Of a DNA stretch of 64,000 bases, positions 60,895 to 64,000 are shown piece by piece. A program made the position numbers and the translations under genes. The stretch comes from Rebecca billardiae RCC1528. Taxonomy: Eukaryota > Protista > Haptophyta. The number at the start of each line of letters is the position of its first letter. The stretch's first letter is position 1. The notes under the pieces were generated by a model. It did not search any database. It worked only from the letters and a program-made list of their open reading frames with translations, and was not told where the DNA came from. The DNA is taken from positions 434,001-498,000 of the forward strand of contig OZ251248.1 of the NCBI GenBank assembly GCA_965240325.2, in the 5' to 3' direction.

Positions 60895-63150
60895 CGCTCG
60901 TCGCTGCTGCCGCCAAGGCGCGCGGTGGTGGTGCCGCTCGCACTCGGCGTGGCCGTGCTCGCCGCACACTCCATTCGCGCCACCGCTCGCTGCCGCTCGC
61001 CCGCAGCGGGGCGAGCGCGCGCCCACACAACGCAACAGGCGCGCGATGGTGGTGGTGCTTGTTTGCTCGTGCTCGTCGTCGCTGCTGCCGCCGCCACGGC
61101 GCGCGGTGGTGGTGCCGCTTGCACTCGGCGTGGCCGTGCTCGCCGCGCACTCCATTCGCGCCGCCGCTCGCTGCCGCTCGCCCGCAGCAGGGCGAGTGCG
61201 CGCTCGCACAACGCAACAGGCGCGCGATGGTGGTGGTGCTTGTTTGCTCGTGCTCGTCGTCGCTGCTGCCGCCGCCACGGCGCGCGGTGGTGGTGCCGCT
61301 TGCACTCGGCCCGCCACGGCGCGTGGTGGTGGTGCCGCTTGCACTCGGCGTGGCCGTGCTCGCCACACGCTCCATTCGCGCCACCGCTCGCTGCCGCTCG
61401 CCCGCAGCAGGGCGAGCGCGCGCCCGCACAACGCAACAGGCGCGCGATGGTGGTGGTGCTTGTTTGCTCGTGCTCGTCGTCGCTGCTGCCGCCGCCACGG
61501 CGCGCCGTGGTGGTGCCGCTTGCACTCGGCGTGGCCGTGCTCGCCGCCCGCTCCATTCGCGCCGTCGCTCGCTGCCGCCCGCCCGCAGCAGGGCGAGCGC
61601 GCACTCGCGCAGCCCAACAACAGCCTGCTGCCACACTGCCGCCGCGCTCGCTGCTGCCGCGCTCCTGCCTCGACGGCTCGCTGCCCGCTGCGCCTGCTGC
61701 CGCCACAGCACGCGGTGGTGGTGCCGCTTGCACTCGGCGTGGCCGTGCTCGCCGCACGCTCCATTCGCGCCGCCGCTCGCTTTTGCTGCCGCTCGCCCGC
61801 AGCAGGGCGAGCGCGCACTCGCGCAGCCCAACAACAGCCTGCTGCCACACTGCCGCCGCGCTCGCTGCTGCCGCGCTCCTGCCTCGACGGCTCGCTGCCC
61901 GCTGCGCCTGCTGCCGCCACAGCACGCGGTGGTGGTGCCGCGTGCACTCGGCGTGGCCGTGCTCGCCGCACGCTCCATTCGCGCCGCCGCTCGCCTTTGC
62001 TGCCGCTCGCCCGCAGCAGGGTGAGCGCGCACTCGCGCAGCCCAACAACAGCCGGCTGCCACACTGCCGCCGCGCTCGCTGCTGCCGCGCTCCTGCCTCG
62101 ACGGCTCGCTGCCCGCTGCGCCTGCTGCCGCCACAGCACGCGGTGGTGGTGCCGCTTGCACTCGGCGTGGCCGTGCTCGCCGCACGCTCCATTCGCCCCG
62201 CCGCTCGCTGCCGCTCGCCAGCAGCAGGGCGAGCGCGCACTCGCGCAGCCCAACAACAGCCTGCTGCCACACTGCCGCCGCGCTCGCTGCTGCAGCGCTC
62301 CTGCCTCGACGGCTCGCTGCCCGCTGCGCCTGCTGCCGCCACAGCACGCGGTGGTGGTGCCGCTTGCACTCGGCGTGGCCGTGCTCGCCGCACGCTCCAT
62401 TCGCGCCGCCGCTCGCTTTTGCTGCCGCTCGGCCGCAGCAGGGTGAGCGCACGCTCGCGCAGCTCGACACAGCCTGCTGCCACACTGCCGCCGCGCTCGC
62501 TGCTGCCGCGCTCCTGCCTCGACGGCTCGCTGCCCGCTGCGCCTGCTGCCGCCACAGCACGCGGTGGTGGTGCCGCTTGCACTCGGCGTGGCCGTGCTCG
62601 CCGCACGCTCCATTCGCGCCGCCGCTCGCTGCCGCTCGCCCGCAGCAGGGCGAGCGCGCACTCGCGCAGCCCAACAACAGCCTGCTGCCACACTGCCGCC
62701 GCGCTCGCTGCTGCCGCGCTCCTGCCTCGACGGCTCGCTGCCCGCTGCGCCTGCTGCCGCCACAGCACGCGGTGGTGGTGCCGCGTGCACTCGGCGTGGC
62801 CGTGCTCGCCGCACGCTCCATTCGCGCCGCCGCTCGCTTTTGCTGCCGCTCGCCCGCAGCAGGGTGAGCGCACGCTCGCGCAGCTCGACACAGCCTGCTG
62901 CAGCGCCGCCGCCGCGCTCGCCGCCGCCGCGCTCCGGCCTCGACAGCTCGCCGCCCGCTGCTGCCTCCTCGGCGCGCGGTGGCGGTGCCGCTCGCACTCG
63001 GCGTGGCCGTGCTCGCCGCACGCTCCATTCGCACCGCCGCTCGCTGCCGCTCGCCCGCAGCAGGGCGAGCGCGCGCTCGCGCAGCTCAACAACGGCCTGC
63101 GGCCGCCCCGCCGGCGCGCTCGCTGCCGCAGCGCTCCTGCCTCGACACTG
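60895..63150. repeat. GC-rich satellite: ~181-bp units grading into ~208-214-bp units
   Basis: Recurrent GCGGTGGTGGTGCCGCTTGCACTCGGCGTGGCCGTGCTCGCCGCACGCTCCATTCGCG core. Confidence 0.9.
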
Positions 63151-63184
63151 CTCAGTCAGCGACGTTCTCTGCCTGACTGGCACT

Positions 63185-64000
63185 TGGTTTTGGCGACTTT
63201 GTTTTGTTCCAGTTCCGCAGCATGCGTATGCTCGGCGGGGGGCGGCCCCTTCGCGGCTGCCCCGGGCTTTTTTGCCCCACTGGCCCGGGCTTTTCTGCCC
63301 GGGTGACTTTGTTTTGTTCCAGTTCCGCAGCATGCATATATGCTCGGCGGAGGGCGGCCCCGTCGCGGCTGCCCCGGGCTTTTCTGCCCGACTGGCCCGG
63401 GCTTTTCTGCCCGGGTGACTTTGTTTTGTTCCAGTTCCGCAGCATGCGTATGCTCGGCGGGGGGCAGCCCCTTCGCGGCTGCCCCGGGCTTTTCTGCCCG
63501 ACTGGCCCGGGCTTTTCTGCCCGGGTGACTTTGTTTTGTTCCAGTTCCGCAGCATGCGTATGCTCGGCGGGGGGCGGCCCCTTCGCGGCTGCCCCGGGCT
63601 TTTCTGCCCGACTGGCCCGGGCTTTTCTGCCCGGGTGACTTTGTTTTGTTCCAGTTCCGCAGCATGCATATATGCTCGGCGGGGGGCGGCCCCTTCGCGG
63701 CTGCCCCGGGCTTTTCTGCCCGGGTGACTTTGTTTTGTTCCAGTTCCGCAGCATGCGTATGCTCGGCGGGGGGCGGCCCCTTCGCGGCTGCCCCGGGCTT
63801 TTCTGCCCGACTGGCCCGGGCTTTTCTGCCCGGGTAACTTTGTTTTGTTCCAGTTCCGCAGCATGCGTATGCTCGGCGGGGGGCGGCCCCTTCGCTGCTG
63901 CCCCGGGCTTTTCTGCCCGACTGGCCCGGGCTTTTCTGCCCGGGTGACTTTGTTTTGTTCCCGTTCCGCAGCATGCGTATGCTCGGCGGGGGGCGGCCCC
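63185..64000. repeat. ~110-bp tandem repeat, truncated by the window end
   Basis: GACTTTGTTTTGTTCCAGTTCCGCAGCATGC... recurs at 63417, 63527, 63637, 63726 and 63946; internal CCCGGGCTTTTCTGCCCG subrepeats. Confidence 0.92.

Noticed and set aside
60568-63974. Several 450-1000-aa ORFs
   Set aside because: Open in most frames because the satellites are GC-rich. Unit lengths are often not multiples of 3 and no domain is recognisable.

Overview
Very GC-rich eukaryotic DNA with short GC-rich GT-AG and GC-AG introns and a TTAGGG tract. The style suggests a unicellular alga such as a haptophyte (inference only). Bases ~210-38000 are a tandem array of 10 paralogous ORFs. Each is built from 6-13 exact 114-bp (38-aa) Cys/His repeats (C-x4-C-x16-C-x2-H, resembling the EsV-1-7 cysteine-rich motif; 82 repeats in total) plus a conserved basic tail. 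The repeat scaffold is nearly invariant, a few positions are hypervariable, and every paralog has a different repeat order, which resembles a TALE/PRDM9-like shuffled recognition code. Each unit also carries a decaying 3' fragment of a cysteinyl-tRNA synthetase gene. The array contains several non-autonomous transposons: hAT-like, Tc1/mariner-like, a 4-bp-TSD TIR element, and a (TA)n-targeting split-direct-repeat family. Bases ~38600-60500 hold ordinary genes: a Rac/Rho GTPase, an anoctamin, two PUF proteins and a four-domain EEEE voltage-gated Ca2+ channel, with a long-TIR foldback element between the last two. The window ends in two satellite arrays. Family assignments come from motif recognition, not database searches.
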